Shown here: positions 31,909 to 43,506 of the stretch, piece after piece
Layout of the letters: each line of letters starts with the position of its first letter
Numbering within the stretch: position 1 is the stretch's first letter
NCBI GenBank assembly: GCA_963713045.1
Contig: CAVQKE010000004.1
Coordinates: 32,001-96,000 of the forward strand
From: an uncultured delta proteobacterium
GTDB lineage: Bacteria > Myxococcota > Myxococcia > Myxococcales > Myxococcaceae
DNA length: 64,000 nt
Direction of reading: 5' to 3'
Translations under genes and position numbers: made by a program
Notes under the pieces: model-generated
What the model saw: the letters and a program-made list of their open reading frames with translations, nothing else
The model's database searches: none
What the model was told of the DNA's origin: nothing

Positions 31909-32903
31909 GCGTCCTCCTCCCAAGTCAGCACCAGCTTCCCCACCGAGGCATTGCTGGCCATGCGCGCCAGCGCCAGCCGAGCGCTGTCCATGGGCAACAC
32001 CTCGTCCACCACCGGCCGCAGTGCGCCAGAGTCGAAGTCTGGAAGCACTTCGGCCTCGAAGCGGCGGGCGAGGGCAATTTTTTCCTCCACCGGGCGGTTA
32101 CGCAGAAGCGTGCCGACCAGCTGGGCCCTTCGCGCCATCAGCTGCCGCAAGTCCAGTTCCGCCTTGCTTCCGTCCAGCGTCCCCACCTGCACCAGCCGGC
32201 CGCGCAGCGCGAGACAGGCCAGGGACTCGGCCACGTAACGGCCCCCCACCAAGTCGAGGACCAGGTCCACGCCTTGGCCGTCGGTGAGGGCTAAGACGCG
32301 TTCGGCAAAGCGCGGTTCTGCGCCTTCCACTGCCAGAGGGTGGAAGGGAGCCAGCGGCTGGCAGCGCGCCAGCTTCTCAGCATTGCGGCCGGTGGCCAGG
32401 GCCTCCCCTCGGAAGGCGTGGACCAGTTGGAGAGCGGCCGTCCCCACGCCGCTTCCCGCGGCGTGGATGAGGACGCGGGTGTGCGGTCGCAGCCCACCCT
32501 GAACCACCAGCGCATCAAAGGCGGTGAAGAAGGCCTCCGGCACCGCTGCCGCGCCCTGGAAGGTCAGCTGCTGCGGAACGGGCAGCGCCTCCCGCTCGTG
32601 CGTCACCAGGCGCTGGGCAAAGGCCCCGCCCCCCACCAGCCCCATGACGCGGTCCCCCTGCTTGAAGCGCTGCACCGCGAGGCCGGTCGCCACCACGGTG
32701 CCGGCATATTCGAGTCCAGGAATGTCCTGCGGGACGCCCTTGGGGGGAGGGTAGCGGCCCAGAACTTGGAGGAGGTCGGCGCGGTTGAGAGCCGTCGCCC
32801 GCACCTGCACCAGCAGGTCCGCCGGGCCGACGGTTGGCTCCGGGACGTCGGCCAGCTCGAGCCCCTCGGGGCTTCCCGGGCGGAGGATGCGGAGGGCCTT
32901 CAT
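31905..32903 (-). CDS. NAD(P)H-quinone oxidoreductase (PIG3/zeta-crystallin family)
   Basis: LNRADL, GRYP, PGLE, HAAGSGVG, GKLVL. Confidence 0.9.
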   Translation of the reverse strand: MKALRILRPGSPEGLELADVPEPTVGPADLLVQVRATALNRADLLQVLGRYPPPKGVPQDIPGLEYAGTVVATGLAVQRFKQGDRVMGLVGGGAFAQRLVTHEREALPVPQQLTFQGAAAVPEAFFTAFDALVVQGGLRPHTRVLIHAAGSGVGTAALQLVHAFRGEALATGRNAEKLARCQPLAPFHPLAVEGAEPRFAERVLALTDGQGVDLVLDLVGGRYVAESLACLALRGRLVQVGTLDGSKAELDLRQLMARRAQLVGTLLRNRPVEEKIALARRFEAEVLPDFDSGALRPVVDEVLPMDSARLALARMASNASVGKLVLTWEEDA

Positions 32904-32987
32904 GACGTCACCTGGGGGGTTTAGCACCAACGCCACCGAGTAGCGCTGGCGTCCTGTCGGCGTCTCTGGTTATGGAGGGGCCGACGA

Positions 32988-33185
32988 ATGGCCGCCGTCT
33001 GCCCAACCTGTGGAAAACCCGCCGCTCCTCGCCCAGGCAATCGGAGCGCCCCCTTCTGCTCGCCTCGCTGCCGGCAAGTGGACCTCGGGAAATGGCTGGG
33101 TGAGGAGTACCGGCTGCCGGACCGCCCGCTGGAGTCCGAGGCGGAGCCCCAGCGCCCAGCCCCCAAGGACGAGGACGGCCGCTAG
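32988..33185 (+). CDS. yacG: DNA gyrase inhibitor YacG
   Basis: CPTC...PFCSPRCRQVDLGKW zinc-finger motif; GGAGGGG SD. Confidence 0.92.
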   Translation: MAAVCPTCGKPAAPRPGNRSAPFCSPRCRQVDLGKWLGEEYRLPDRPLESEAEPQRPAPKDEDGR

Positions 33186-33191
33186 CTTTCC

Positions 33192-33914
33192 ATGGCCGGC
33201 TATGTCGACCTGCACTGCCACCTCCTCCCAGGCGTGGACGACGGCGCCCGTACGCCCGACGACGCGCTGGAGATGGCGCGCGCTCTGGTGGACTTGGGCT
33301 TCTCGGCGGTGGCGCCGAGCCCGCACGCGCGGCCCGAATTTGCCTCGGCAGACGTGTGCGCTGAGCGGCGAGCGTCGCTGGAGGAGCGCTTGGCCGCCGC
33401 CGCCATTCCGCTTCGCCTCTACTCCAACGCCGAGCATGCCCTCATCCTCGACGGCTTCTTGGAGGCACTCGGCACCCCAGCCACGCGGGCCATCAACGGC
33501 GGCCGCTATGTCCTCGTCGAGGCGCCCTACCGCGCGCCCGTCCCGACGCTTCCGGACCTCGTCTTCCGAATGGTGCGGCGCGGCGTCACGCCGCTGTTCG
33601 CCCATCCGGAGCGCTGCCAGGAATTCGAACGGCCTGGAAGAGCGGCGGAGGTGGTTCGCCTCGGCGGACGGCTTCAGCTGGACTTGGGCGCGCTCATCAA
33701 CCGCTACGGGCCTGTGGCACGCCGGTTGGCGCGCGACTTTCTGGACGAAGGCCTTTACGCCGTCGCGGCAACTGACCTGCATGCCCCGGTGGACGCCCGG
33801 GTCTGGGTCAAAAAGGCGCTGGCCGAACTTGAGGCCAGGGCCGGCCGACAGGAGGTACAGACTCTCCTCTTGGACAATCCGCAGCGCGTGGTCCGCGGGG
33901 AGCCAGTGCCGTGA
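33192..33914 (+). CDS. PHP-family tyrosine-protein phosphatase (CpsB/CapC)
   Basis: DLHCHLLPGVDDG, AHPER, TDLH. Confidence 0.9.
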   Translation: MAGYVDLHCHLLPGVDDGARTPDDALEMARALVDLGFSAVAPSPHARPEFASADVCAERRASLEERLAAAAIPLRLYSNAEHALILDGFLEALGTPATRAINGGRYVLVEAPYRAPVPTLPDLVFRMVRRGVTPLFAHPERCQEFERPGRAAEVVRLGGRLQLDLGALINRYGPVARRLARDFLDEGLYAVAATDLHAPVDARVWVKKALAELEARAGRQEVQTLLLDNPQRVVRGEPVP

Positions 33915-34945
33915 AGCGCGGACTGCGGCTTGCCGGGAGTCTGGCTGTCACCCTGGCGTTCACCGCCTGGGCCTTTCGCGACACGCACTGGTCGGAACAG
34001 TGGGCCAGCCTCCGCGCGGCCCACTACGTGTGGCTGCTCCCGTACCTCCTCATCCTGGCGCTCATTCATCTCTTTCGAACGCTGCGCTGGGGGTGCCTCC
34101 TCTCCGGCCTCGGACGCGTGCCGTTTCGTCCGCTCAACGACGCCAGCGCCATCGGCTTCATGATGCTGCTGGTGCTGCCCTTCCGCCTGGGGGAATTCGC
34201 CCGGCCCTTCCTCATTGCCCAGAGGACGCAAATCCGGCGCAGCGCTGCCATGACGACGGTCGTGCTGGAACGCATCGCCGATGGCGTCTTCGTCGCGTTG
34301 CTGATGCGAGGGCTGCTCTTCTTCGTTCCCAGCGGTGCGCCGGACGTCCGCTACCTGCGCATCGGCGCCAACGTCATGTTTTCCATTTTCTTCGGCGGGC
34401 TCCTCTTCCTGCTGTTCGCAGCCTGGCATCGGGACCGGGCGGTCGGGCTGGTGCGCACGGCAGTGGGCTGGGCCAGTCCTGGCCTTGCCGAGAAGGTGGC
34501 GGGCATCGTCGACTCCTTTGTGGGAGCGCTGAAGCAGCTGGCGGGACCGCTGCAGCTGCTGGCCTTCTTTGGCTGGACGGTGGCGTACTGGGCCATCAAC
34601 GGCTTCGGCATGTGGCTGGTGGCCGTCCGGGGGTTTGACCTGCCACTCACCCTCTTTCAGGGTTACGTGGTGCTGTGCGCGCTGGTGGTGGCACTGATGA
34701 TTCCGGCGGCGCCGGGGATGATGGGCACCTTCCAGGCGGGCATCCGGGTGGGGCTAGCGCTCTTCCTTCCGGCGGAGTTGGTGCGCGGGGGGGGGCTCGC
34801 TTTCGCCAACGTGCTGTGGCTCTGTCAGACGGGGCAGCAGATTGCGTTTGGTTTGCTCTTCCTCTCCCTCGACCACCTGTCCTTCGGCGATGTGGCGGGG
34901 CGGTTGGAAGGCTCGAGCGACGCCACCGAGCCTCAGCCAGGCTAG
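33911..34945 (+). CDS. Lysylphosphatidylglycerol synthase TM/flippase-like membrane protein
   Basis: RTLRW, LPFRLGEFAR, ERIAD, IPAAPG motifs; multiple TMs. Confidence 0.85.
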   Translation: MKRGLRLAGSLAVTLAFTAWAFRDTHWSEQWASLRAAHYVWLLPYLLILALIHLFRTLRWGCLLSGLGRVPFRPLNDASAIGFMMLLVLPFRLGEFARPFLIAQRTQIRRSAAMTTVVLERIADGVFVALLMRGLLFFVPSGAPDVRYLRIGANVMFSIFFGGLLFLLFAAWHRDRAVGLVRTAVGWASPGLAEKVAGIVDSFVGALKQLAGPLQLLAFFGWTVAYWAINGFGMWLVAVRGFDLPLTLFQGYVVLCALVVALMIPAAPGMMGTFQAGIRVGLALFLPAELVRGGGLAFANVLWLCQTGQQIAFGLLFLSLDHLSFGDVAGRLEGSSDATEPQPG

Positions 34946-35157
34946 CGCCCGCCGTCCGCGCCGTCCCCGGGCGACTACAGCTGCTCGTCGAGCCAGGCCA
35001 GCACGGCCTCGCGGATGCTTTGTGGCGGATGTTGTACGGGGGAGGGCTTGGGGCGCGCATTCATCGGGCGGCCGTGAAAGTCAAAGACCAGGAGGGGGCG
35101 TTCAGCCAGGCCCTCCGATGACTGTCGGCGGACCCGCGCAGGCATGGACATGGAAGG

Positions 35158-35367
35158 TCAGCCCTCCTTGGGCTCTGCGTCGTACTTGCGGAGCAAGTCG
35201 TCGACTGCCTCACGGAGGTACTCGCTTTGGGCAATGCGGGTGCGCCTGGAAAGCGCGCGGAGGCGGCGCACGTCCTCCTCCGTCACCAACACGTGGGTAC
35301 TGACGGTGTCGTCGTTTTCGACGACGTCCGGCGCGGTGGCCTGTGCTGCAGCCGACGAATCTGCCAT
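35158..35367 (-). CDS. Ribbon-helix-helix DNA-binding protein (CdbA/CdbB-like family)
   Basis: STHVLV-beta, LRALSRRTRIAQSEYLREAVDDLLRKY. Confidence 0.8.
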   Translation of the reverse strand: MADSSAAAQATAPDVVENDDTVSTHVLVTEEDVRRLRALSRRTRIAQSEYLREAVDDLLRKYDAEPKEG

Positions 35368-35468
35368 GGGCGAACTTCCCTTCCCTGGGGCGCTCGTGAC
35401 CTGTCGCTACAGCCGGTCACGGGCCTGTGCCCCGTGAGACGGGATGGTCGAGCCAGCGCAGGGGGCTG

Positions 35469-35771
35469 TCAAAAAACCTGCACCTGGACTGGCTTCACCC
35501 CGTGGTCGGGCCGCGGCTTGGGGGCCGGGTGCGTCTCGGGCGCAGGGGAAGGCGGTGCCGGGGGCGGCCGCTGGCGGGGGGGTTCGGCCTCATCCGCCCC
35601 TTTGGATGCAAAGAAGACCCAGCGCAGACAACTCAGCACGCCGACGGCGGGAGCGCACACCAAAAGCAGGAAGAGGCCCTCCGACAGCGTCAACCCAAAG
35701 GCCGGAGCCAGAAGGATGCGTCCAATGATGGCCGCCCAACACACCCAAACCACCGAGAGAAGTACTTTCAT
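35469..35771 (-). CDS. Small membrane protein with Pro-rich tail
   Basis: Two hydrophobic segments; ATG at 35771. Confidence 0.5.
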   Translation of the reverse strand: MKVLLSVVWVCWAAIIGRILLAPAFGLTLSEGLFLLLVCAPAVGVLSCLRWVFFASKGADEAEPPRQRPPPAPPSPAPETHPAPKPRPDHGVKPVQVQVF

Positions 35772-35926
35772 GCCCAACCCCGAGGTCGCAACCCAAGTGA
35801 ACGGGCGCCCCGAGCTGGGGCCCACTCCTGTTATTGGGCGACAAGCCGCTGTCCATCACCGGACCACGCCGCGGAGGGGTTTGCAGGCGGCCGGAGCGTT
35901 GGGCGCCCGTGCTTCTTGCGAGGCCC

Positions 35927-37621
<1,695 letters not shown>

Positions 37622-37822
37622 GAAAGCCTCCGGAGTGTGCTGGGCAGCAGTATGGGGTCCTGAAGTGTACCCACGGCAAGGGCTTCCAAGGACGGCGGCG
37701 CTGCTGTTGAGGGGGAAGCGCCTGGAAGAGGTTGGCCCCGGTCTGTCCTGCGAAGCGTTTACCCGCAACGTCCGAGCCCTGAGCAACCGGAGGGTGGTGA
37801 CCTGGCGGAGTCGGCCCCGGAC

Positions 37823-38464
37823 TTAGCCCCTCCCATGGGGCCGTCGGCCTCGGAGGAGCAGGCCGAGCCGCACATGCTCTTCGCGTTCCCGCTCCTCGAG
37901 CGTCTGCCGGACGGCCGCCACCTGGCGCTGGAGCTCGGGGGTGAGTTGATGTTCCAGGCTGTTCACCTGCCGCGAGGTCTGCGCCAGTGCCTCGCCCAGC
38001 CTACGCAAAAGCATCTCGCGCGGTGCAGCGTTGATGAGCAGGTCTGCCAGGCCCTCGAAGGCACTGGCCGCCTTCACCGCTGCCGGCGAGGGTCCAGGCG
38101 CGATGCCACGTGCGGCGAGCGCACGGGCAAAGCGCGGCGCCTGCACGATGTCCGAGACGCTCACCCCCCACAGCTGCCCTGTTCTGACCCGCACCCGGAT
38201 GTCCCGCGCAGGCCATCCCAGCATTCGGAGTCCGGCTCCCCCCTCCGCCGCCAGGGCGCGCAACAGCACCGGCCACGCCTTTCGTGCCTGGAGGTCAATC
38301 TCTGCGCGGGTGTCCGCCGCGCTTCGGGCAAGACGGAAAAGCTCTCCGACCAATGCCTCGCGTTTACGCCGCAGCAGCGAGGTCCCTCGGTGCAGGACCT
38401 CCAGGCGTTGCTGGGCCCGGAGCAGCCCGACGCGCGTGGCGGACACCGCTAAGCGGGCACTCAT
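37823..38464 (-). CDS. V/A-type ATP synthase subunit D
   Basis: TRVGLL...LLRRKREAL...TSRQVNSLE...LEEREREE. Confidence 0.9.
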   Translation of the reverse strand: MSARLAVSATRVGLLRAQQRLEVLHRGTSLLRRKREALVGELFRLARSAADTRAEIDLQARKAWPVLLRALAAEGGAGLRMLGWPARDIRVRVRTGQLWGVSVSDIVQAPRFARALAARGIAPGPSPAAVKAASAFEGLADLLINAAPREMLLRRLGEALAQTSRQVNSLEHQLTPELQRQVAAVRQTLEEREREEHVRLGLLLRGRRPHGRG

Positions 38465-39849
38465 GGCGCGGCTGTCTCCCGACGGTGCCGAGCCCAGGTG
38501 TCATCGGCGAGGCGGCTGAGGTCATCTCGCGGCAAAGCATCCAGCAGCGCCCACCCGGCGGCGATGGTTTCCGGCAACGTTCGGCGCTTCCTCCCCTGGC
38601 CGATGAAGTCGCGCTCGAAGTGTTCCGAGAAGGCCAGCGCCCGTCGGTCCGGCGCCACCAGGCCCGCTTCACCGACAATGGCGGCCATCAACCGCGCCTC
38701 TCGCCCCCGGGCGTAGAGCGCATAGAGCTGGTCCGCCCATTGGCGGTGCTCGGGCACGCTGCGGTTGCTGCCAATGCCGGCATTCATCAGCCGCGACAAG
38801 GAGGGCAGTACATCGACCGGGGGAAAGATGCCCCGCCGGTGCAGCTCGCGGCTGAGCACCACCTGGCCTTCGGTGATGTAGCCGGTGAGGTCGGGAATGG
38901 GGTGCGTCAGGTCATCGTCAGGCATGGTCAGCACCGGTATCTGCGTCAAGGACCCCTGGCGCCCGCGCACGATGCCCGCCCGCTCGAAGAGCGAGGCCAG
39001 GTCGGTGTACATCGTCCCGGGATAGCCACGTCGCCCAGGAATCTCCTGGCGTGCGGTGGCAATCTCCCGGAGTGCCTCGCAGTAGTGCGTGACGTCGGCG
39101 ATGACCACCAGCACGTGCAACCCGTGCTCGAAGGCGAGGAACTCCGCCTCGCTCAGGGCCAGCCGCGGGGCGAGCAGCCGCTCGACCGTTGGGTCGCGCA
39201 TCTCGTTGAGGTAGAGGACGCTTCGCTCGAGTGCCCCGCTGCGCTCGAAGCGCTCCAAAAACTCGCGACGCTCGCGCGCGGTGATGCCGATGCCGACGAA
39301 GACCACCGCGAAGGGCTCGCCCTTCGGTGCTCTTGCCCACTCGACAATGTGCGCCGCCACTTCCAGCGCCGGGAGCCCTGGCCCAGAGAAGATGGGGAGC
39401 TTCTGCCCTCGAACCAGAGTGTTCATTCCGTCAATGGCGGAGATGCCGGTCTCGATGAAGTCCTCCGGAGGCTTCCGGGCGGCGGGGTTGAGCGGGGCCC
39501 CGGCCAGCGGGCGCAACGCCTCGCCCACCGGCGGGGGAAGCCCATCAACCGGTGCACCCAAACCGTTGAAGGCGCGCCCGAGCAGTTCGCGGCCCACCGT
39601 GGCCCGAGCCACCTCGCCGGTGAAGCTCACCCGAGCGCGGGCCGGCGAGAACCCCAACGGCTCCTCGAGCAGCTGCACCACACTGACGCGCTCGCCAGCG
39701 TCAATCACTTGGCCCTGCCAGCTCTTCTCGCCCGGCATTTCGAGGCGCACCCACTCGCCCAAAGCGACGGCGTGAGTGAATTCCACGAAGACCAGCGGCC
39801 CCCCTGCGCCGGTGGCTGCCCGGTAGCTTCGAGGTAGGCCGGCACTCAC
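38461..39849 (-). CDS. V/A-type ATP synthase subunit B
   Basis: TGISAIDGMNTLVRGQKLPIFSG, PGRRGYPG, HPIPDLTGYITEGQ. Confidence 0.96.
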   Translation of the reverse strand: MSAGLPRSYRAATGAGGPLVFVEFTHAVALGEWVRLEMPGEKSWQGQVIDAGERVSVVQLLEEPLGFSPARARVSFTGEVARATVGRELLGRAFNGLGAPVDGLPPPVGEALRPLAGAPLNPAARKPPEDFIETGISAIDGMNTLVRGQKLPIFSGPGLPALEVAAHIVEWARAPKGEPFAVVFVGIGITARERREFLERFERSGALERSVLYLNEMRDPTVERLLAPRLALSEAEFLAFEHGLHVLVVIADVTHYCEALREIATARQEIPGRRGYPGTMYTDLASLFERAGIVRGRQGSLTQIPVLTMPDDDLTHPIPDLTGYITEGQVVLSRELHRRGIFPPVDVLPSLSRLMNAGIGSNRSVPEHRQWADQLYALYARGREARLMAAIVGEAGLVAPDRRALAFSEHFERDFIGQGRKRRTLPETIAAGWALLDALPRDDLSRLADDTWARHRRETAAP

Positions 39850-41600
39850 GCCCGTGCCTCCCTGGGCTGCAAGCCTTTCAGTGCCGCCTCGGCGGCCGCG
39901 ACCCTCGCCGAGAATTCCGTTGTCGGGCCATCGCGCAGGGCAATCAGAGCTCGGCGGATTGGGCCGAGGTCGAGGTCGGCCAGGGGGACTCCGGCATGGA
40001 TGGACGCTGAAGCGAGCGCCCGGGCGCGCTGGGCGAGCTCGGCGAGACGGAACGTCTTCGACGGTGCCGAAGAGGCGTCGTGCGGGTGGTAGGCACTCTG
40101 CCCGAGAACCACTTCTCGGACCAACCGGGCGACGACCAGCACCAGCCGGTCCTCATCTTGGAGCGCCTCCGGCCCCACCAGGCCAGCAATCTCCTGCAGC
40201 TCGGTGTCCCGTTGAAGGAGCTCGAACGTCTGCGCCCGCACAGCCGACCAGGAGGGGTCCACCTCGCGCTCGAACCAACCCTTGGTCCGCTCGACGTAGA
40301 GGCTGTAGCTTGTCCTCCAGTCCACGGCTGGGAATTGCCGCTGGTGGGCCAGGTCCGCGTCGAGGGCCCACAAGCTTCCCACCACCCTGAGGCTGGCCTG
40401 ACTCACTGGTTCGGAGAGGTCGCCTCCAGGTGGGGAGACGGCGCTGATGAGGGTGACGGCGCCCTCGCGCTCGGGTTGGCCGAGGAGCCGGGCTCGCCCC
40501 GCGCGCTCGTAAAAGGTGCCCAGGCGGCTGGCGAGGTACGTTGGGTAGCCTTCTTCCCCAGGCATTTCCTGCAAGCGCGCGCCGATTTCCCGGAGAGCCT
40601 CCGCCCAGCGGGACAGGCTGTCGGCCATCAGCGCCACCCGGTAGCCCATGTCTCGGTAGTACTCGGCGACGGTGATGCCGAGGTACACCGAGGCCTCGCG
40701 CGCGGCGACCGGCATGTTGGACGTATTCACCACCATCACCGTGCGGTCCATAATCGACCGACCGGTGCGCGGGTCGGTGAGGCGCGGGAACTCGCCCAAC
40801 ACCTCAGACATCTCGTTGCCCCTCTCGCCGCACCCGATGTAGACGACGACGTCAGCGTCGGCATGCTTGGCCAGCGACTGTTCGACGACAGTCTTCCCGG
40901 TGCCAAACCCTCCCACCACGGCCACGCTCCCGCCTTCCGCCACCGGGAAGAGCAAGTCGAAAATGCGCTGCCCAGTGACCAGCGGCCGGTCGTCGGAGAG
41001 CCGAGCCCCCGTCGGGCGGGGCGTCCGCACGCTCCAGGCATGCGACAGCTGCAGCGGCGTTCCATCCGCCAGCCTCCCCAGGGGCGCTTCGACCGTGAAG
41101 TCCCCCTCATGGAGCTCGGCCACCGTCCCCGAGACACCCGGCGGGACGAGGATGCGGTGGAGAAAGCCCGGCCGTTCCTCCACCGAACCCAAAACGTCGC
41201 CGCCTGAGACTGTCACTCCGGCGGCCACCCTGGGCTGAAAGCGCCAGCGCCGCGAGACATCCAGCGTGGGGACACTCAGACCGGGGCCGATGAAGTCGCC
41301 GCTTCGCTCGGCGAGCACATCGAGGGGACGGCCCAGCCCGTCGATGATGGAGCCGAGCAGTCCCGGGCCGAGTTGCACGCTGAGAGTTCGTCCGCTGAAG
41401 GAGAGAGGCTCGCCCACCGCCAGGCCGCTCGTGTCCTCGTAGACTTGGAGCGTGGCAGTCGCGCCCGAGATTCGAATGACCTCGGAGAGGAGACCGCCGT
41501 GACCCGCCGCTGCCAATTCATAGAGGGCGACGGACGGAACGGGCTCGGCTTCGACGAGGGAACCGTTGACTCGGGTGATGTGGGCCGGCGCCGCGCTCAT
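39846..41600 (-). CDS. V/A-type ATP synthase subunit A
   Basis: GGFGTGKT P-loop, GCGERGNEM, NTSNMPVAAREAS, EMPGEEGYP. Confidence 0.96.
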   Translation of the reverse strand: MSAAPAHITRVNGSLVEAEPVPSVALYELAAAGHGGLLSEVIRISGATATLQVYEDTSGLAVGEPLSFSGRTLSVQLGPGLLGSIIDGLGRPLDVLAERSGDFIGPGLSVPTLDVSRRWRFQPRVAAGVTVSGGDVLGSVEERPGFLHRILVPPGVSGTVAELHEGDFTVEAPLGRLADGTPLQLSHAWSVRTPRPTGARLSDDRPLVTGQRIFDLLFPVAEGGSVAVVGGFGTGKTVVEQSLAKHADADVVVYIGCGERGNEMSEVLGEFPRLTDPRTGRSIMDRTVMVVNTSNMPVAAREASVYLGITVAEYYRDMGYRVALMADSLSRWAEALREIGARLQEMPGEEGYPTYLASRLGTFYERAGRARLLGQPEREGAVTLISAVSPPGGDLSEPVSQASLRVVGSLWALDADLAHQRQFPAVDWRTSYSLYVERTKGWFEREVDPSWSAVRAQTFELLQRDTELQEIAGLVGPEALQDEDRLVLVVARLVREVVLGQSAYHPHDASSAPSKTFRLAELAQRARALASASIHAGVPLADLDLGPIRRALIALRDGPTTEFSARVAAAEAALKGLQPREARA

Positions 41601-41929
41601 CGCAGCCGCACCTGGTAGCCGATGGCCTGACGCAACAGTTCGACGACATACGCCTCGGAGGCTGTGGCGCGCTCAACCCAGCTCGGCCCCGGGAAGGGAA
41701 TGACCAGCGGCGAGACACGGGTGGAGATGCGATGGCGCGTCTCCTCATCGAGACTTTCATAGAGACCGCTTTCGACGAGGAGGATGGCGAGGCCTGTGTC
41801 GGCAACGAGGGCGGACAGGCTGCGCGTCGCCTCGGCGCCGTCCTGCGCTTCCACCGGCTCGAGCCCCGCCAGCGCGAAGCCGGCGGCGGCCGGCGGACGG
41901 CAGAGAACCACCACGCGTCCCTCGTTCAT
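41597..41929 (-). CDS. V/A-type ATP synthase subunit F
   Basis: GFALAGL, RQAIG; position between C and A. Confidence 0.88.
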   Translation of the reverse strand: MNEGRVVVLCRPPAAAGFALAGLEPVEAQDGAEATRSLSALVADTGLAILLVESGLYESLDEETRHRISTRVSPLVIPFPGPSWVERATASEAYVVELLRQAIGYQVRLR

Positions 41930-42930
41930 CGGACGTCCACCTCGCCCAGCCGGAATGCGCGAGGGGCCTCGAGTGCCAGCGCCCAGGCCAGTTTTTGGAA
42001 CCGGTTCACCTCCTCGCGCAGGCGGAGCGCATAATCCAGCACCGGAGCAGAGCCGAGCGGCCGGGTTCGCGAGGCCCGGTGGAGGTACGCGCGGTGGGCA
42101 GCCGCCATCCGTTCGGCAAGTCGAGAGGGCTCGTCTGCGCTGAAGGCAGCCTCCAGCGCTGTGCGGCGGAAGAGTGCTTGGGCCCGTCGAACCGCCGCCA
42201 GGTGGCCCCGCGCGCGTGCCACTTGCTCGAGCGCGACGAGGTCGATACTTCCTCCCTCGACGAAGAGTGCGGCGAACTCAACTTCGGCCGGCGAGTCGGC
42301 ACACGCCAAGGCGCCGAGCACGTTCTCCTGGTCCAGCAGGGTTCTCACGTGCCAGCGCAGGTCCGCATCCGCCTGGTGCCCGGCGGCCACCGCGCGGCTG
42401 GCGAATTCTCTCGTCAGCGCGGCATCGAGGAGAAGCAAGTCCGGCGGCCCTCGCTTAGGCACTCCCTGCAGTGCGGTCGCTGCCGGGTGGCGCCAGACCA
42501 CCAGCAGCGCGGCCACGGCGGCGATGCTCTGTTGGGTCGCGAGAGTCTCCAGAGCACGGAGCGGCAAGGCCGGTGTCGGGATAGTCAGGGCGAGCCGTGC
42601 TTCGGGCGCTGCGCCGGCTGCGGCTCCGCGCACGAGGGCCCGCAAGCTTCGCCGGTCCTCGTCGCCAAAAATGACATCCAGCAGCGGACGGCGATTTCCG
42701 CACCAGCGCGCGAGCAGTGCCAGCCGCTCTCCTGCACGCTGTCGCACGGCCCTCTCCACCGAGGCCGCGTCCGCCGGCCCGCGCAGCAGTAACGGGTCGC
42801 GCGCACGTTTCAGGTGCGCGGAAAGCGCCGGCCAGTCGGAGGATTCGGCCAGCGCCGCCCACTCCCCGGTCGCGAGCAGGTGTGTGCCTAGCCCTCGGGC
42901 GCGCGCGGAGACGTCGTCGTAAGCCGTCAC
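41926..42930 (-). CDS. V/A-type ATP synthase subunit C (d)
   Basis: YDDVSARARG N-terminal motif; GTG 42930 overlapping the subunit E stop; operon position. Confidence 0.82.
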   Translation of the reverse strand: MTAYDDVSARARGLGTHLLATGEWAALAESSDWPALSAHLKRARDPLLLRGPADAASVERAVRQRAGERLALLARWCGNRRPLLDVIFGDEDRRSLRALVRGAAAGAAPEARLALTIPTPALPLRALETLATQQSIAAVAALLVVWRHPAATALQGVPKRGPPDLLLLDAALTREFASRAVAAGHQADADLRWHVRTLLDQENVLGALACADSPAEVEFAALFVEGGSIDLVALEQVARARGHLAAVRRAQALFRRTALEAAFSADEPSRLAERMAAAHRAYLHRASRTRPLGSAPVLDYALRLREEVNRFQKLAWALALEAPRAFRLGEVDVR

Positions 42931-43505
42931 CGGCCACCCTCCACCTGCTGCATCACCCGGATGGCCAGCTGTGCGCGCCCGGCCGCAAGGCGTCCATCCA
43001 GGCTTCGGTCCACCTCCAGCCTTCCGTCGGCCGAGCGAAGTCTGACGCCGGCCACCACCCCGAGCGATGCTTCCACCCTCTTGCCGGGGCCTGCCGCGGC
43101 GAGCACGGACGGGCAGTCGGCAGAATTGCACAGCAGCGTCACCTCCTCACCGGCGGTGAGGGCAAGCAGTGTGTGGACATCGCGCTCGAGAGCTGGTTGG
43201 TACGAGGCCCAGCCTCGCGCCTCGGGCTGAAGGGTGCGCGCTCCCTGGAAGACGCGGTCGAGCAGTTTCCGTCGTGCTTCGAGGACTGCCGTGGCGGCTT
43301 TGCGTCGCGCCAGGACGAGCCGCTCGGCGCCTACGGCGCGCAGCGCGAGGGCGTGCTGTGCGAGGTGCTCCTCCACCTGGGCCTTCTCCTCGCCGCTGGC
43401 GACTTGGAGAAGCCGGTCCGCCTCGGCCCTGGCGCGCTTGAGCTGCTCGGCGGCGTTGGCCTCCGCCTCGCGCTCAAGAGAGGCCAGAAGCTCGACGAGC
43501 GGCAC
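42927..43505 (-). CDS. V/A-type ATP synthase subunit E
   Basis: N-terminal coiled coil, GVRLRSADGRLEVDRSLDGRL. Confidence 0.82.
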   Translation of the reverse strand: MPLVELLASLEREAEANAAEQLKRARAEADRLLQVASGEEKAQVEEHLAQHALALRAVGAERLVLARRKAATAVLEARRKLLDRVFQGARTLQPEARGWASYQPALERDVHTLLALTAGEEVTLLCNSADCPSVLAAAGPGKRVEASLGVVAGVRLRSADGRLEVDRSLDGRLAAGRAQLAIRVMQQVEGGR

Positions 43506-43506
43506 G

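Noticed and set aside
32920..32947. TTAGCACCA...GAGTAGCG resembling CIRCE
   Set aside because: Wrong spacing, poor right arm and no heat-shock gene adjacent
33010..34638. 542-aa ORF overlapping yacG, the phosphatase and the flippase
   Set aside because: Arg/Pro/Trp-rich off-frame translation without motifs
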